This document shows positions 37,032 to 50,259 of a DNA stretch of 64,000 bases, piece after piece (the first letter of the stretch is position 1; each line of letters starts with the position of its first letter). Made by a program: the position numbers and the translations under genes. The stretch is from Octopus sinensis (Eukaryota): NCBI RefSeq assembly GCF_006345805.1, contig NC_042997.1, positions 58,652,001 to 58,716,000 of the forward strand. The letters run 5' to 3'. The notes below the pieces were generated by a model. It worked only from the letters and a program-made list of their open reading frames with translations, was not told the origin of the DNA and did not search any database.

Positions 37032-37921
37032 ACGTTTTTTGTTACTGTTTTCTGTCAGCTTTTGATTTTCTCTTTTTTCTTTTTGTCTTTACACTTTTAA
37101 AAATCGATTGCTGTTACAAGAATTGGAATATCTGCTGTAGTAACTTTTCAAACAACGAAAGATCTTTGTTTTCGAAGGTGTTTAACTGTGAGGTGGTTTT
37201 GGTTTTGGTTGAATTTGTTCCAGTAATTCTTTAACCGTTCCACAGAACCGCTAAAAGGATTGTCTTACTTTATTTATACAAAATAATTCTTGTATACAGA
37301 AATTAAAATATTTATCAGCCGACTGCTTCCTTAAACCATATATAAACTTAATACATTCTTTTCTACTCCAGGGACAAGACCCGAAATTATGGGGGAGGGG
37401 GCCAGTCGATTAGATCGACCCTAAAAGGCTATTTTCTGTTATATATGTAAGAGAAACACCGTCCTCTCAACAACTTAATATTATTCAAACTGGATTTTAA
37501 GACTCTTCGTCACCCTGCAGTTCCGCTTCAAGGATCAATATTTGATGGGATTGGCAGTGTCGACAAAATTATTTCCTTATAACACTACCAAATTTGTCTA
37601 CTATCAAAGGTGACAAAAGTGTTCAAATCACTTTACTCAATGTTTTCATTCAAATCAATATCTATCCCGGTGTTGTGAGATAAAGTAAGACAATCCTTTT
37701 AACGATTCTGTAGAACGGTTAAAGAATTACTGGAACAAATTCAACCAAAACCAAAACCACCTCACAATTATACACCTTCGAAAACAAAGATCGTTCGTTG
37801 TTTGAAAAGTTACTACTGCAGATATTCCAATTCTTGTAACACCAATCGATTTTTAAAAGTGTAAAGACAAAAAGTAAAAACAGAAAATCAAAAGCTGGCA
37901 GAAAACAGTAACAAAAAACGT
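37032..37921. repeat. Inverted repeat, ~240-bp arms (37032-37273, 37680-37921)
   Basis: Arms are reverse complements at roughly 90% identity by eye. Confidence 0.88.
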
Positions 37922-38542
37922 AAACTTAGTACAAACACCGTTACATAATATTAGCACCATCTCCATCTCTTAGCACATATATGTCGCCATATATCACTGA
38001 TTTGACAGAGATACGACTGTTGAATATCTACGACTTCTATGTATTTTAAAACAGCCATTTCAGGTGAAATTTTATATAATCTCTAAACTGTCGCTAAAAC
38101 CATTGTGGAAGTGAAGTTTTATCTATGGTGATACTAAAGTTTGTAAGAAAACATGTGATAACAAGTGTTGTACAAACAATGCTTGTAAATTTGACATTAT
38201 GGTTAAATACATTCAGAAAGGAATACTGTATCAATTTCAGTAATAAAACATTGATTATCCTCTCTAAAACTTTCACTACAGTAGCATGATGAAACGGTGG
38301 AAAGATCTGGAAGTTGGACAAGGGAACATGTTGGCGCTCTACAGGATAGTACTCACATATATAACTAAAGAAATATAATGGAATCCGAAATTCTATACAA
38401 AATAATTCTTGTATACAGAAATTAAAATATTTATCAGCCGACTGCTTCCTTAAACCATATAGAAACTTAATACATTCTTTTCTACTCTAGGGAAAAGGCT
38501 CGAAATTTTGGGGGAGGGGGCCAGTCGATTAGATCGACCCTA
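37275..38542 (+). repeat. 149-bp direct duplication (37275-37423 and 38394-38542) including a SINE B tail
   Basis: tatacaaaataattcttgtatacag...gccagtcgattagatcgacccta occurs twice. Confidence 0.9.
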
Positions 38543-38858
38543 GCACGCAATTGGTACTAAATTTATCGTCCCCGAAAGGATGAAAAGCAAAGGCGACCTC
38601 GGTGGAATTTGAACTCAACGTAAAGACAGACGAAATACCTATTTCTTTACAACCCACAAGGGGCTAAACACAGAGGGGACAAACAGATTAAGTCGATTAC
38701 ATCGACCCCAGTGCGTAACTGGTACTTATTTAATCGACCCCGAAAGGATGAAAGGCAAAGTCGACCTCGGCGGAATTCGAACTCATAACGTAGCGGCAGA
38801 CGAAATACCGCTAAGCATTTCGCCCGGCGTGTTGACGATTCTGCCAGCTCGCCGCCTT
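38479..38858 (-). mobile_element. SINE family B dimer with 17-bp TSD (1 mismatch)
   Basis: gaaacttaatacattct 38462-38478 / gaaacgtaatacattct 38859-38875. Confidence 0.9.
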
Positions 38859-39094
38859 GAAACGTAATACATTCTGTCTAAAGTAATTCCATTAGCACTA
38901 TTGCTCATCTGTTGAACGAAGGAAGTATAAAACTGCACTGTATGAAGTGAAGTATATTACAAAAGCATTGTGATTATACGGCTCAATTACAAAACTTTTT
39001 AAAAATTGGTTTATCTTTCATGGATGATGGAATGACGGCATTTGGTAAAAGTAACTGCTGCTGTGAATGCTGCTAGTAAAAGGTTTACAAAGTA

Positions 39095-40359
39095 TCAAGT
39101 TATCAAGAACGTTCTTGCAGAATTTTCAATTTTGGTTTTAAATGATGTATTTTCAAATTAATTTTCGTTAAATTACTTTGACTTTATATATCATTTTAAG
39201 GCCCGTTTTCGCTCTATCTAATCGTGTTACTCTTTTCCTTTTTGAATAATCAGGCCATTTTTTCCGAAACGTTGAATAAAACATGGACAAAAAACAAATT
39301 CGCACAATTTTCTTATTCCAATTCAAGCTAGGCCGAAAAGCTACTGAAACAGCTCCCGATATCAACGATGCATTTGGCCCAGGAACCACTAATGAACGTA
39401 CAGCACAATGGTGGTTCAAGAAATTTCTTAGTGGTGACGAGAGTCTTGAAGATGATAAGCGTAGTGGTCGGCCATCGGATGTTGACAACGATCAACTAAG
39501 AGCCTTAGTGGAAGCCAATGCACGCACAACTGTTCGAGAGCTTGCTTCTGAATTAGACGTAACGTAAACGACAATTTCCAACCACTTGAAAGAGATTGGA
39601 AAAACAAAAATACTTGCTGCACGAATTGAACGACAACCAAAAAAAAAACGCCGTTTTGAAGTGTCGTCTTCCCTTCTTTTACGCAACAGGAACGACTCGT
39701 TTCTCAACCGAATTGTGACTTGTGATGAAAAGGATTTGTTACAACCGGCGATGCTTAGCTTAGTGGTTGGACGCCGACGAAGCTCCACGGCACTTCCCGA
39801 TGCCAAAGTTGTACCAAAAGAAGGTCGTGGTGACCGTTTGGTGGTCTGCGGCCGGTCTCATCCATCACAGCTTTTTGGATCCTGGCGAAACCATTACGGT
39901 GGAGAAGTACTGTCAGCAAATGGATGAAATGCATAAGAAACTCCGACAACAGCCAGCATTGGTCAATAGAAAAGGACCAATTCTTCTCCACGACAACACT
40001 TGGCCGCACGTCGCACGACTGACCCTGCAGAAGTTGAACGAATTGGGCTACGAAACTTTGCCTCATCCGCCATACTCACAAGACCTCTCGCCTACCGACT
40101 ACCACTTTTTCAAGCATCTCGACAACTTCCTGCGGGAGAAATGCTTCAAAAATCTAGACGATGCCAAACACGCCTTCAACGACTTCATCGCCATCAGAAC
40201 GCAGGATATTTATGCTACTGGCATAAATAAACTTGTTTTTCGTTGGCAAAAGTGTGTTGATTCTGATGGTTTTTATTTCGATTAAGTTTTGTTTGAGCCG
40301 AGATATGTGCATCTGAATTTAAAAGGTTAAAAACCACAAGTACTTTCTTGACAATCTAT
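39095..40359 (+). mobile_element. Full-length mariner (cecropia subfamily, Hsmar1-like), inactive
   Basis: Imperfect ~28-bp TIRs, ~1.27 kb, transposase fragments spanning the whole protein. Confidence 0.92.
39283..40285 (+). pseudogene. Mariner transposase pseudogene
   Basis: MDKKQIRTIFLFQFKLGRKA..., IVTCDEK, LLHDN, HPPYSQDLSPTDYHFF, RWQKCVDSDGFYFD*; stop at 39565-39567 and frameshifts. Confidence 0.95.
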
Positions 40360-41530
40360 TAAAACTATACGACCACCCTTCAACGGAGCGTTTACGCGGT
40401 CTCCAGACCTGTTCGTAATAGCAGTCAGATCTTTTTTCGAGTTACATCTCACTGTTTTAAAATAAGGAGGACATACTGAATAATGTGTTCCTAGATAGAC
40501 GAAGTTAGGTCTGTTATAGGATGAAATGCATTTGGTCAAAGATTTGCTTGACCAAGCAACAACTATAATTTTCACTCTAGTAACTGAAACTAAGATTTTT
40601 TAAAATAAAATATTATGTAAGGGCGGCTAAAAATTGTGGGATAAGATCAACCAAAATCTAAACCACAGTTAAGCAGCTTTTACAACCGGTACTTCTCGTT
40701 TTCTGTAAAACTTTCTGTAACAGGTATTCCAGTTCTTGTAATACCAATCGATTTCAGCAAAGTATCTAAAAACGTGTCAAAAGCTGTGACTGATGCGGTT
40801 AGTGCTCACTCGAGATACAGTAGGAAAAGGGTTGAAAATTTTCACAGGTCGGTAATCATTGAGAGAAATGAATCGAGAATAGTGTCTTGTATGGGGCTTA
40901 ATTGTTGAGACACAGTGAATATGACGGTGTGGAATGTAACTGGTAAGGATCTGGTAGGCCTCGGTGCAAATAATATCCAGTACTGCCAATCTACCTACCT
41001 ACTTACATATCTACTTACCTACCTATCTACCTACTAACATGCACACATTTGTATATGTGTATATGTATTCTTGTATATTGTACATGTATTCTTGTATATT
41101 GTATATATATTCTTGTATACATATATTGTATATGTATACGTATATTGTATACGTATTCTTCTTGTTTTAATTCTTCCTATAAAAGCCAGTTTCCAACTAA
41201 AAAACAAGGATCTATCATTAAAATGTAGGCGTAAACAAGTGTATTTTATAAAAGATTAAATGTTTAGTCATCAGACAGAATTCAGAATAATTGTTAGATA
41301 TACATTTGTTTGCCATGTGGTTACAGATACACTCACAGATAAATTTATAATCCACTAAGTTAAACATTTCGGAGAAGTTGTCCTTATTTTTTCCCACTAT
41401 TGATTTTGAATAGATTAAGCTCAACTGTTCTGTGTCTTTATCAGTGGTCTATCAGCAGCAATGTCACATGTGATCAGCGCATTAATGTGAGTAGCAATCA
41501 GTTTTACAATATTTGACTTCGTACTTTGTT

Positions 41531-42239
41531 GGGTAAATTTCGATACAACCACACGCACGATTTTCACTAAGAAAAAAAAAAATCGGATTTTTTGCATGAA
41601 ATCAAGTACCCTAACCTCCTAATATGCTGCAAACCCCTTGCTTTTGTTCGGAAAAAATGGTGGGTGGGAAACCGGACCCCAACCCATTATTCTGGAATCA
41701 TTGGAAATTTATTTATTTATTTTGTTTTTGTTGAATGAATTACGGCGACCTCCTAATATGTCACAAATCCCTTTTTTGGTCCGAAAAACGGGTGGGGTGG
41801 AACCCTCGGAAATTTAAACTCCCACCCCCACCACCTCATTTTCAAATATTTTTTGCTGTTTCTTTCTTTATCCATATTTTTAGATAACATTTTGCAGAAA
41901 TACGTTTTCGAGAGAGTAGATTGAAAATACAAGCAAATTTGAAAAGAAAAAGTGAAAATGCAGAGGTTATAGAAGTTAGTGGTAGCAAAGGCTGTGGAGA
42001 GATAAAGAATGATAAAGAATTCATCTAAAAAACACGTTAGAGTTTGTATATGTGTGTGAAACAAGTAAAAGTGAAACAAAATATCGTTTTCATACCTCTT
42101 AAAATCACTGGATATAATATATATAACAATCCCAGATTGCAGAAAAGATTTTAAAAATGAATCCACTTTCCCTTTGCAATTTTTGGTGCCGAAGTTGGGT
42201 AACCAATGGGTTTCATTTTTGTGTGTGGAGTGTGGAGTG

Positions 42240-42326
<87 letters not shown>

Positions 42327-42729
42327 AGTGTGTGTTAGTGAGTGAGTGAGTGAATGAGTGACAACGTTTACCTAAACTTTCAATGGTATAGCAATATATT
42401 ATATATATCATCATCATTATCATCGTTTAACGTCTGCTTTCCATGCTGGCATGGGTTGGACGGTTTGACTGAGGACTGACAAGCCAGGAGGTTGCACCAG
42501 GATCCAATCTGTTCTGGCAAGGTTTCTACAGCTGGATGCCCTTCCTAACATCAACCATTCCGAGAGTGTAGTGGGTGCTTTTAAGTGCCACCGGCACGGG
42601 GAACAGTCAGGTGGCACTAGCATCGACCACACTCGAATGGTGCTTTTTACGCGCCACCAGATGATGATGATGATGGTGATGATATATAATATATTGCTAT
42701 ATCATTGAAAGTTTAGGTAAACTTCGTCA

Positions 42730-42785
<56 letters not shown>

Positions 42786-43481
42786 CACACACAAATGAAA
42801 CGCATTAGTTACCCGATTTCGGTGCCAAAAATTGCAAAGGGAAAGGGAATTAGTTTTTCAAATCTATTCTGCAATCTAAAATTATTATATATTATATGTA
42901 TTATATCCTGTTATTTTAAGAGGTATGAAAAAGATATTTTGTTTTAATATATTTTTACTTCTTACACACACATACACAAACTCTAACGTGTTTTCTGGAG
43001 GAATTCTTTATCATTCTTTATATCTTCACAGACTTCGTTACCGCTAACTTCTATAACCTCTGCATTTTCACTTACTCATTTCAAATTTGTATTTTCAATC
43101 TCATGTAGTCAACATTCTCTCGAAAATGTATTTCTGCAAAATGGGTAAAGAAAGAAACAGCAAAAGCATTTTTAAATGAGGGGAGGGTTAAATTTCCGAG
43201 GGTTCGACCCCACCCAACCCCATTTTCCGGACCCCCAAAAAAGGGGTTTGTGACATATTAGAAGGTCACTGTAATTCGTTCAACGAACAGGAAAATAAAA
43301 AATTCCAATGATTCCGAGTAAGGGGGGTGGGGGGGCACCATACACACACTTTTTTCCGAACAAAAATAAGGGGTTTGCAGCATATTAGGAAGTCAGGGTA
43401 CTTGATTCCACGCGGAAAATCCGAGTTTTTTGTATTATTTCTTAATGAAAATCGTGCGGGTGAAAGTATCAAAATTTACCC
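41531..43481. mobile_element. Large foldback element (~880/815-bp inverted arms, GGG...CCC ends)
   Basis: Arm-to-arm reverse complementarity from gggtaaattt/aaatttaccc inward to the (CAT)n/(ATG)n axis; ~134-bp subterminal repeats in each arm. Confidence 0.85.
42424..42660 (-). mobile_element. 3' part of a retroposon with RTE-like end and (GAT)n tail, at the foldback axis
   Basis: Minus strand ends ...aacccatgccagcatggaaagcagacgttaaacgatgat. Confidence 0.7.
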
Positions 43482-44501
43482 TTCGTTCTGAATAGTATTT
43501 GGTATTCTCAAGAGAAAAGGCAACGAACGAAGCAGTCGTTAAGATGTCATATGGCATCAATCAGACACCACTTGCTAAAGTACAGTAGTAAAAAGGAAGT
43601 TTAAAAAATACATCTATCAAATTCTCAAAAGTTTGGAAAACATGTTGCATGTCGGAAGTGAGAAGTTCGAGAAGCAGTTTGTATCTGAAGATATTCTTAG
43701 AGCGCGAGACTGATCTTCTTATCAAAGACTTTGAGAAGACATATTCTGGATACATGATTACAAGGAATCTTGAAACTGATACCAAAATTGTTGTCACATT
43801 TCGAAAATTATGTTTTTGCAATACCGCAGTAAGTTATAGCTACAACATTTTTGTTACATAAAAGTGATATGAATCCCCTTAAACCTCATGATTCGACCGA
43901 AAATTACATTTATGTGGACGACATTATGTCTTTCATCAAGAACTTCGTGAAAATCTCATTAAGAATACTTTCCTTCGAGGCATCGCATTCGTGTTAAAGC
44001 AATATATGCTTATATCCGTAAGAAAGACTGCTTTGGGATAAATATACCTGACGTTTTAATATCGAGAGTATTGGAAATACATCCTCATCAAAACTTCTGC
44101 CAAATATAAATTAACAGGTTTGAGGGCATTTTGGACAGAAAACAAGAATTTATGCACTGTTGTTGTAGAGGTAAACATTTTATTTAAAATCAATGCAAAA
44201 GAGAAAATATAAGAACAACTTCTCTGTAAAGTACAACTAGCTTAGGTTATGAATTTACTTGTCTACCTATAATCATTAGCCCACTTGGTTACTTACTAGA
44301 TGGGTGATTTAATGTTTATAGGTTAAAAAAAAAACTAGCACATACTAAATTCAATTTTTTTTTCTAAAATATACTTGTTACTACCTGAATTTCAATGAGG
44401 GAGCCTTTGTTTTTCATTTAGAAACTGGATTTTGCAGAAAGAATTAAAAATAGAATAGATATATTCATACACACATAAAAAAACTTATGGATGTAGAAAA
44501 A

Positions 44502-44533
<32 letters not shown>

Positions 44534-44545
44534 AGGAAAGAAGGA

Positions 44546-44577
<32 letters not shown>

Positions 44578-44735
44578 AGGAAGGAAAGAAGGAAGGAAAG
44601 AAGGAAAGAAGGAAGGAAAGAAAGAAAGAAAGAAAGAAAGAAAGAAGGAAAGAAAGAAGGAAGGAAGGAAAGAAACAAAGAAGGAAAGAAGGAAGGAAAG
44701 AAGGAAAGAAATAAAGAAAGAAATAAAGAAAGAGA
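44502..44735. repeat. (GAAA)n/(GGAA)n purine tract
   Basis: Direct reading. Confidence 0.95.
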
Positions 44736-44796
44736 TAAATACATAAGCCAGTACACAGCTAGATAAGTAGGCCGACAAACAAACAGAGATAGATAA

Positions 44797-44839
<43 letters not shown>

Positions 44840-44840
<1 letters not shown>

Positions 44841-45010
44841 GCGCAGGAGAGGCTGTGTGGTAAGTAGCTTGCTTACCAGCCACACGGTTCTGGGTTCAGT
44901 CCCACTGCGTGGCACCTTGGGCAAGTGTCTTCTACTATAGCCTCGGGCTGACCAAAGCCTTGTGAGTGATTTTGGTAGACGGAAACTAAAAGAAGCCCGT
45001 CGTATATATG

Positions 45011-45091
<81 letters not shown>

Positions 45092-45301
45092 TTGTGTGTT
45101 TGTGTGTCTGTGTTTGTCCCCCCAACATCGCTTGACAACCGATGCTGGTGTGTTTACGTCCCCGTTACTTAGCAAAAGAGACCGATAGAATAAGTACTAG
45201 GCTTACAAAGAATAAGTTCTGGGGTCGATTTGCTCGACTAAAAAAGGCGTGCTCCAGCATGGCCGCAGTCAAATGACTGAAACAAGTAAAAGAGTAAAGA
45301 G
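44840..45301 (+). mobile_element. Full-length SINE family A inserted in (GATA)n
   Basis: Complete head-to-tail copy; (GATA)n at 44790-44839 and 45303-45378. Confidence 0.93.
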
Positions 45302-45302
45302 T

Positions 45303-45371
<69 letters not shown>

Positions 45372-46128
45372 CAGATAGAATATCTCTCTTCCCACACTCC
45401 ATATTCTTTCTCCTTCTTATCTAGAACTATATCCACCTGGAAATCCAACCTTATTCCATGTGTAATCTCCAAACACTTAGCTACTACAATGCAAATAAAA
45501 TATTGTTTCTACTCTATTGCAGATAATCTTTTGCAACTGAAGAACATACACTCCTGGATATAGAGACGTTTACATGATATGTGTGAGTTAGGGAGACACT
45601 TGTACGCTTCAGTGTAGACCGTAAACACTTCCAGAATCAGAGTACAAAAACAAAGTATAGGAAGACGCAAGCTGAATATAACGAGATTATATGCTCGCTA
45701 TTCCTTCCTGTAAGCTGAGCAAAAACAATGAAGAATGAAGTGTCCTTCTCAAAAAGCACCAGATAACAGTAGAATTGTATCTGATAATCAGTGAAGTTGT
45801 TAGCACATTCATGTATCCAACGATTTCAGATTAACCACCTTTGTTATATACATGCAATTACGTAAACTATATATAACCCGTGTGAATCTTATCACAGGAT
45901 AGGATTCTTGTTCAGGACCAGAAAATAATCTGGTTTTGATAGGTTTTTTAGCTTCTATAAACCCCAAGTAAAACCCACATTAGTGTACATCTCATATATC
46001 CGGAACTGTCTTGTTGCAAATATCCTATAAGATAAGTTCACTTCACTGAACGTAAAAAAACACACATACACTTATAACGACAACGGCGAATCGTTTGCGA
46101 TGCTTGTCCCGACTTTCTATACTTTGAG

Positions 46129-46228
46129 NNNNNNNNNNNNNNNNNNNNNNNNNNNNNNNNNNNNNNNNNNNNNNNNNNNNNNNNNNNNNNNNNNNNNNNN
46201 NNNNNNNNNNNNNNNNNNNNNNNNNNNN
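46129..46228. other. Assembly gap (100 N placeholder)
   Basis: Run of N. Confidence 0.99.
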
Positions 46229-46289
46229 CGCGTAAGATGCATGACTTAGAAAGGGAGGGGTGATTGGAGTGAAAGAGGGGAGTTATATA

Positions 46290-46800
46290 CAAGAGAGCGG
46301 GAAAGCAGAAAGAACGAGGACAGTGATATATGAGCTAGGGAGAGGAGGAATTAGAGAGAAAGAAATGTGTAATATAAGTGATATAGATAGAGAGGGTGAC
46401 ATATGAGAAAGAAAGGTGTAACATACGAGACAGGGAGGGGGAACCAAAGAGAAAACGAAAAGTAATAGAAGATATAAAGAGGGGGTACCTGAAGAGAACT
46501 GAGAGGAATAATATACGAAATAAGATAGGATATATAATGTATGTATGTATGTATGTAGTATGTATGCGCGATATGTGTGAGTATGGGGGTGTGTGAGAGA
46601 GAGAAAGAGAAAAAGAGACGGACAGACAGAGAGGAAAACGAGAGAGAAAGAAGAAATAAACGGACGATATAGTCGAAAGGAAGCGAAGAAATCGTGAGAT
46701 TGAGAGACTGTGTTGGGTGAAAACCGAAAACCGTAGGAGAAAGTGGTAGAGGGATGGTAAGGTTGAATAAGAAAAAAATGAGAAGTGAAATAAGCTGACA
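46290..46800. repeat. Degenerate purine-rich low-complexity region
   Basis: AG-dominated sequence with decayed microsatellites. Confidence 0.7.
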
Positions 46801-47246
46801 TACACGTAGGAAGTGCAAATGGATCTCCGTCGGTTTAGACGATAAGTATTCTAGTTCGATTAATTGAACTACCTGCGCATTGGATAAACAAGAAGTGGTT
46901 GTATACTCTGCAGACTGTCGTATGCTAAATATAGAGTACAACTGACAGCATCAGCATAACACGGTGTGTAACAAGGTGGCCTTCCGAATGCAGTCCGCAA
47001 TCTCCATGAACCGAATTTTACTTACATGGCATGGATCCACCCAAGGTTACGGTAAAAGATACTTGCCTAAGATTCCACATCGTGGGATCGAACCCGGGGC
47101 AGCATGAACGCAAAATGAACTTCTTAACTTCTCGACGATGCCTGCAGTTTGTTGCTGGTCTGTCTGGATTGAACATTCTGTGTCTGACGCCCACGTATTA
47201 TCTTACACTCAAATATGCGCACCTATTTACATATACACACTCAAAC

Positions 47247-47390
47247 AGGCGCAGGTGTGACTGTATGCTTAAGACCTTCGTTTCATATGAAACGGCATTA
47301 CACGGTTTCTTGGGATAGTGTCTTCTCCCATAGCCTCAAGCCAACTAAGACCTTGTGAATGAAATTTGGCAGAGAACTACGTGGAAACCC
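47247..47390 (+). mobile_element. Old SINE family A 5' fragment
   Basis: aggcgcaggtgtgactgt...gtgtcttctcccatagcctc...ccttgtgaatg. Confidence 0.6.
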
Positions 47391-48984
47391 CGGTTCTAGG
47401 GTGACTTAATTCGTCGTCAGGTGACTCCAGTGGAGTCCACTCTGTTTGAGAATATTCCAGCCAGATCTTTGACCTAAGGATGGCTTCTTCCCTCCCTCCT
47501 TCCCTCCATCCCTTCCTTCATTCCTTCTTTCCTTCCTTCCTTCCTTCTTTCATTCATTCATTCATTCATTTATTCCTCGTATCAGTCACAGAAGCTCCGA
47601 CAAAGGGTTTGACGTTGCCTTCTTTTGATTGAGTAATAGAAAAAACAAAAATTTTCACACCTGTTTTCATGCACACACGCAGACATACTCACATACACAT
47701 GTGTACGCAAGCACCGAAGCACACAGAAATGTACACAACAATTCGCTTGCACATACTCGTATAAACACTGTAACAGCATCAATCGTCAAGTCAATACATG
47801 TTTAAATTGGAGCCACAGTTTAGCTGCACAGGATATGTGATTGACGGTTAAGACCGGATTAGGATAATACTAAGCAAGCCAAAGTGAAGCCACTTTAGGT
47901 TGACTTCCTTTTTACGTGGGACTTCTCTCGCTCGGTGTTCCTTGGCGTAAAAGAAAGACAGACCAGCACAGTACGTCAGCGAGAGAGACAACTGGGTGGT
48001 GGGACTATCAAGAGAGTCAGCAATAACAGATTAAACAATCTTAATGAAAATTCTGTTTTATTTAGTTTTAGTGTTTGACGGTATACTTTTTGTTGTGTTT
48101 GATCCACCCTTGAAGACAGGTATTGTCTGTTGTCCTCTCAATTTGCCTATCCACCCTTTATAAACCGGGGTGAGACTCTAGAGGGGTTTTCCCTGTTTAG
48201 TCCCCATCGTTCCGACCATGACATACATGATAAGATTCATTTGATTACAAGTAGCAGATCATTTTAATCCGACCTGACAACATACGCACAACATACGTAA
48301 ATATACGCAAACACATATATACACATATATACAAACACACATTCACTCCCAGACATCACTCTAAGGCTTAATCAGAAGAAGAAGAGCAACGTTGGAAGAA
48401 AGACGGAAGGCAGTGGTGGTAATGTCAGAGCTGCGATTTGCAACAAGGAGGACTTTGCTGAAAGCACCCAAAGGTCAAATTGTGTTGCTCAACAGGGTTA
48501 CGTCTCTTGTCTAACACATGAGGACACACTTTTTTAGCAGTCCAGTCGATGCGTAAGAAGTTTGAATCAATTGTAACACCAGCACATCACAAACTAGACG
48601 TTATTCCTCCACTCCTACATATATTAGCATAGCAATAACTATCACTACTCGCAGTTACATATTTATAGCAGCTATAATACCGTGCTGTAAGATATCTACA
48701 GTTACAGTGACTATATTTTCCTTAGATATTTATCTACAGGTTTTGCACCGACACAACCACAGAAATACATATTACACCAGATCTTATACCTTCCTATGCT
48801 GAAGGTCGCACTGAAATTAATTGACAAACTACATTTCAAAGAAAACGTTATACTGCTAAACCTTCATATTTTTTATAAAATACAATTCATAAAATTTCTA
48901 TCAAAATATTATTAAAACACCAGTTATCGCATAAGTAACCTCGCTGTAACTAAACTTTGAAACTTAACTATATTTATATGTATG

Positions 48985-49039
<55 letters not shown>

Positions 49040-49176
49040 CGGAGATGTACTCGCATAGCAAGTAATTTGATCTGAGATCGTGTGCTGAAACGAAAACAAT
49101 TGCAGCGTGGAAGGTGTTTATAAGCCATTTAAGAAACACACAAAAGCCGTTCGATTCACTTCAACATTTAAGTTTA

Positions 49177-49228
49177 ATTTGTCAAAATATTTTCGTCGCT
49201 AAAATCCGCGACCTGTTCACTGACAAAA
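49177..49228 (-). ncRNA. Hammerhead-like motif with G3:C8 core, sense to the GIY-YIG ORF
   Basis: Reverse complement of 51733-51784; 7-bp stem I. Confidence 0.6.
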
Positions 49229-50259
49229 ATCCGTGCTGCATCTGAGAAAGTAACAGTTAGTTCGTCATATATATGTACGTATGTATGTGTGTATGTATGC
49301 ATACATGTGTGTATGTATGTACGTATGCATGTACGTACATACGCCTGTGTATGCATGTATGTATGTATGTATATATGTATGTGTGTGTGTATGCACATAC
49401 ACACTATAAACATAAAGCTATAAACCTGTAGCGATAGATAGATGTAGAGTGACCACTCATCACAATAATATCAAATTTCAACTTCCCCCGGCCGAAGCCT
49501 GGAAGTGATTTACGACCCTTACTCCCAAAACTATACCCTAAAACCTATTATCAGATATTTATCTCTATATCACAGAACTTTTGTTTTACTATTGTGCGTA
49601 TGTATGTATGTATGTGCGTATGTATGTATGTATGTATGTATGTATGTATGTATGTATGTATGTATGTATGTATGTATGTATGTATGTATGTTTGTATGTA
49701 TGTATGTATGTATGGATGTATGTATGTATGTATTATGTATGTGTGTATGTACATACGTACGCATGTGCGTATGTATGTATACGCGCACGTATGCATGTGC
49801 CCATGTATGTGTGTGCGTACATGTACGTGCGTATGTACGTGTGTATGCGCATACGTAGGTATGTATGTATGTTTGTACTCATGTGCTACGTATGTATGTG
49901 AGTGTCTAGGAGAATGGGCAGACGTGTCTGTGAGAGTGTGTACATGTGTATGTGTATGTGAACGTATGTCCGTGTACTGGCATGTGTCCGTCCAAGTTAT
50001 GTACATGACTGTTACTTTGTTGAAGGTTGTATACATATTCACATATATGTTTGTATAAACGCACACATATATATATATATATATGTGTGTGGGTGTGTGT
50101 TTGTTCCTCTCATCACCGTCTAACTGTGAATGGATACAACGCCTAAGTGCAACTGTACGTATCAAACAACGTACGCTCATACGGTTATATATAACTGCAC
50201 ATACGCATTGCAACCTGTATGTAAGGACTACAAGTAAACGAGAGAGAGAGAGGGGGTGG

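Noticed and set aside
40327-40989. Minus-strand ORFs with NDYRPV and FVYLG motifs suggesting an RT relic
   Set aside because: Motif spacing is about half that of a real RT and the intervening sequence does not align by eye.
43560-44100. IYVDDIM string suggesting an LTR-retrotransposon RT
   Set aside because: A single short motif without flanking RT blocks or LTRs.
47770-48235. Unique, moderately GC-rich stretch that might be a solo LTR
   Set aside because: No clear TG...CA ends with a TSD and no second copy in the window.
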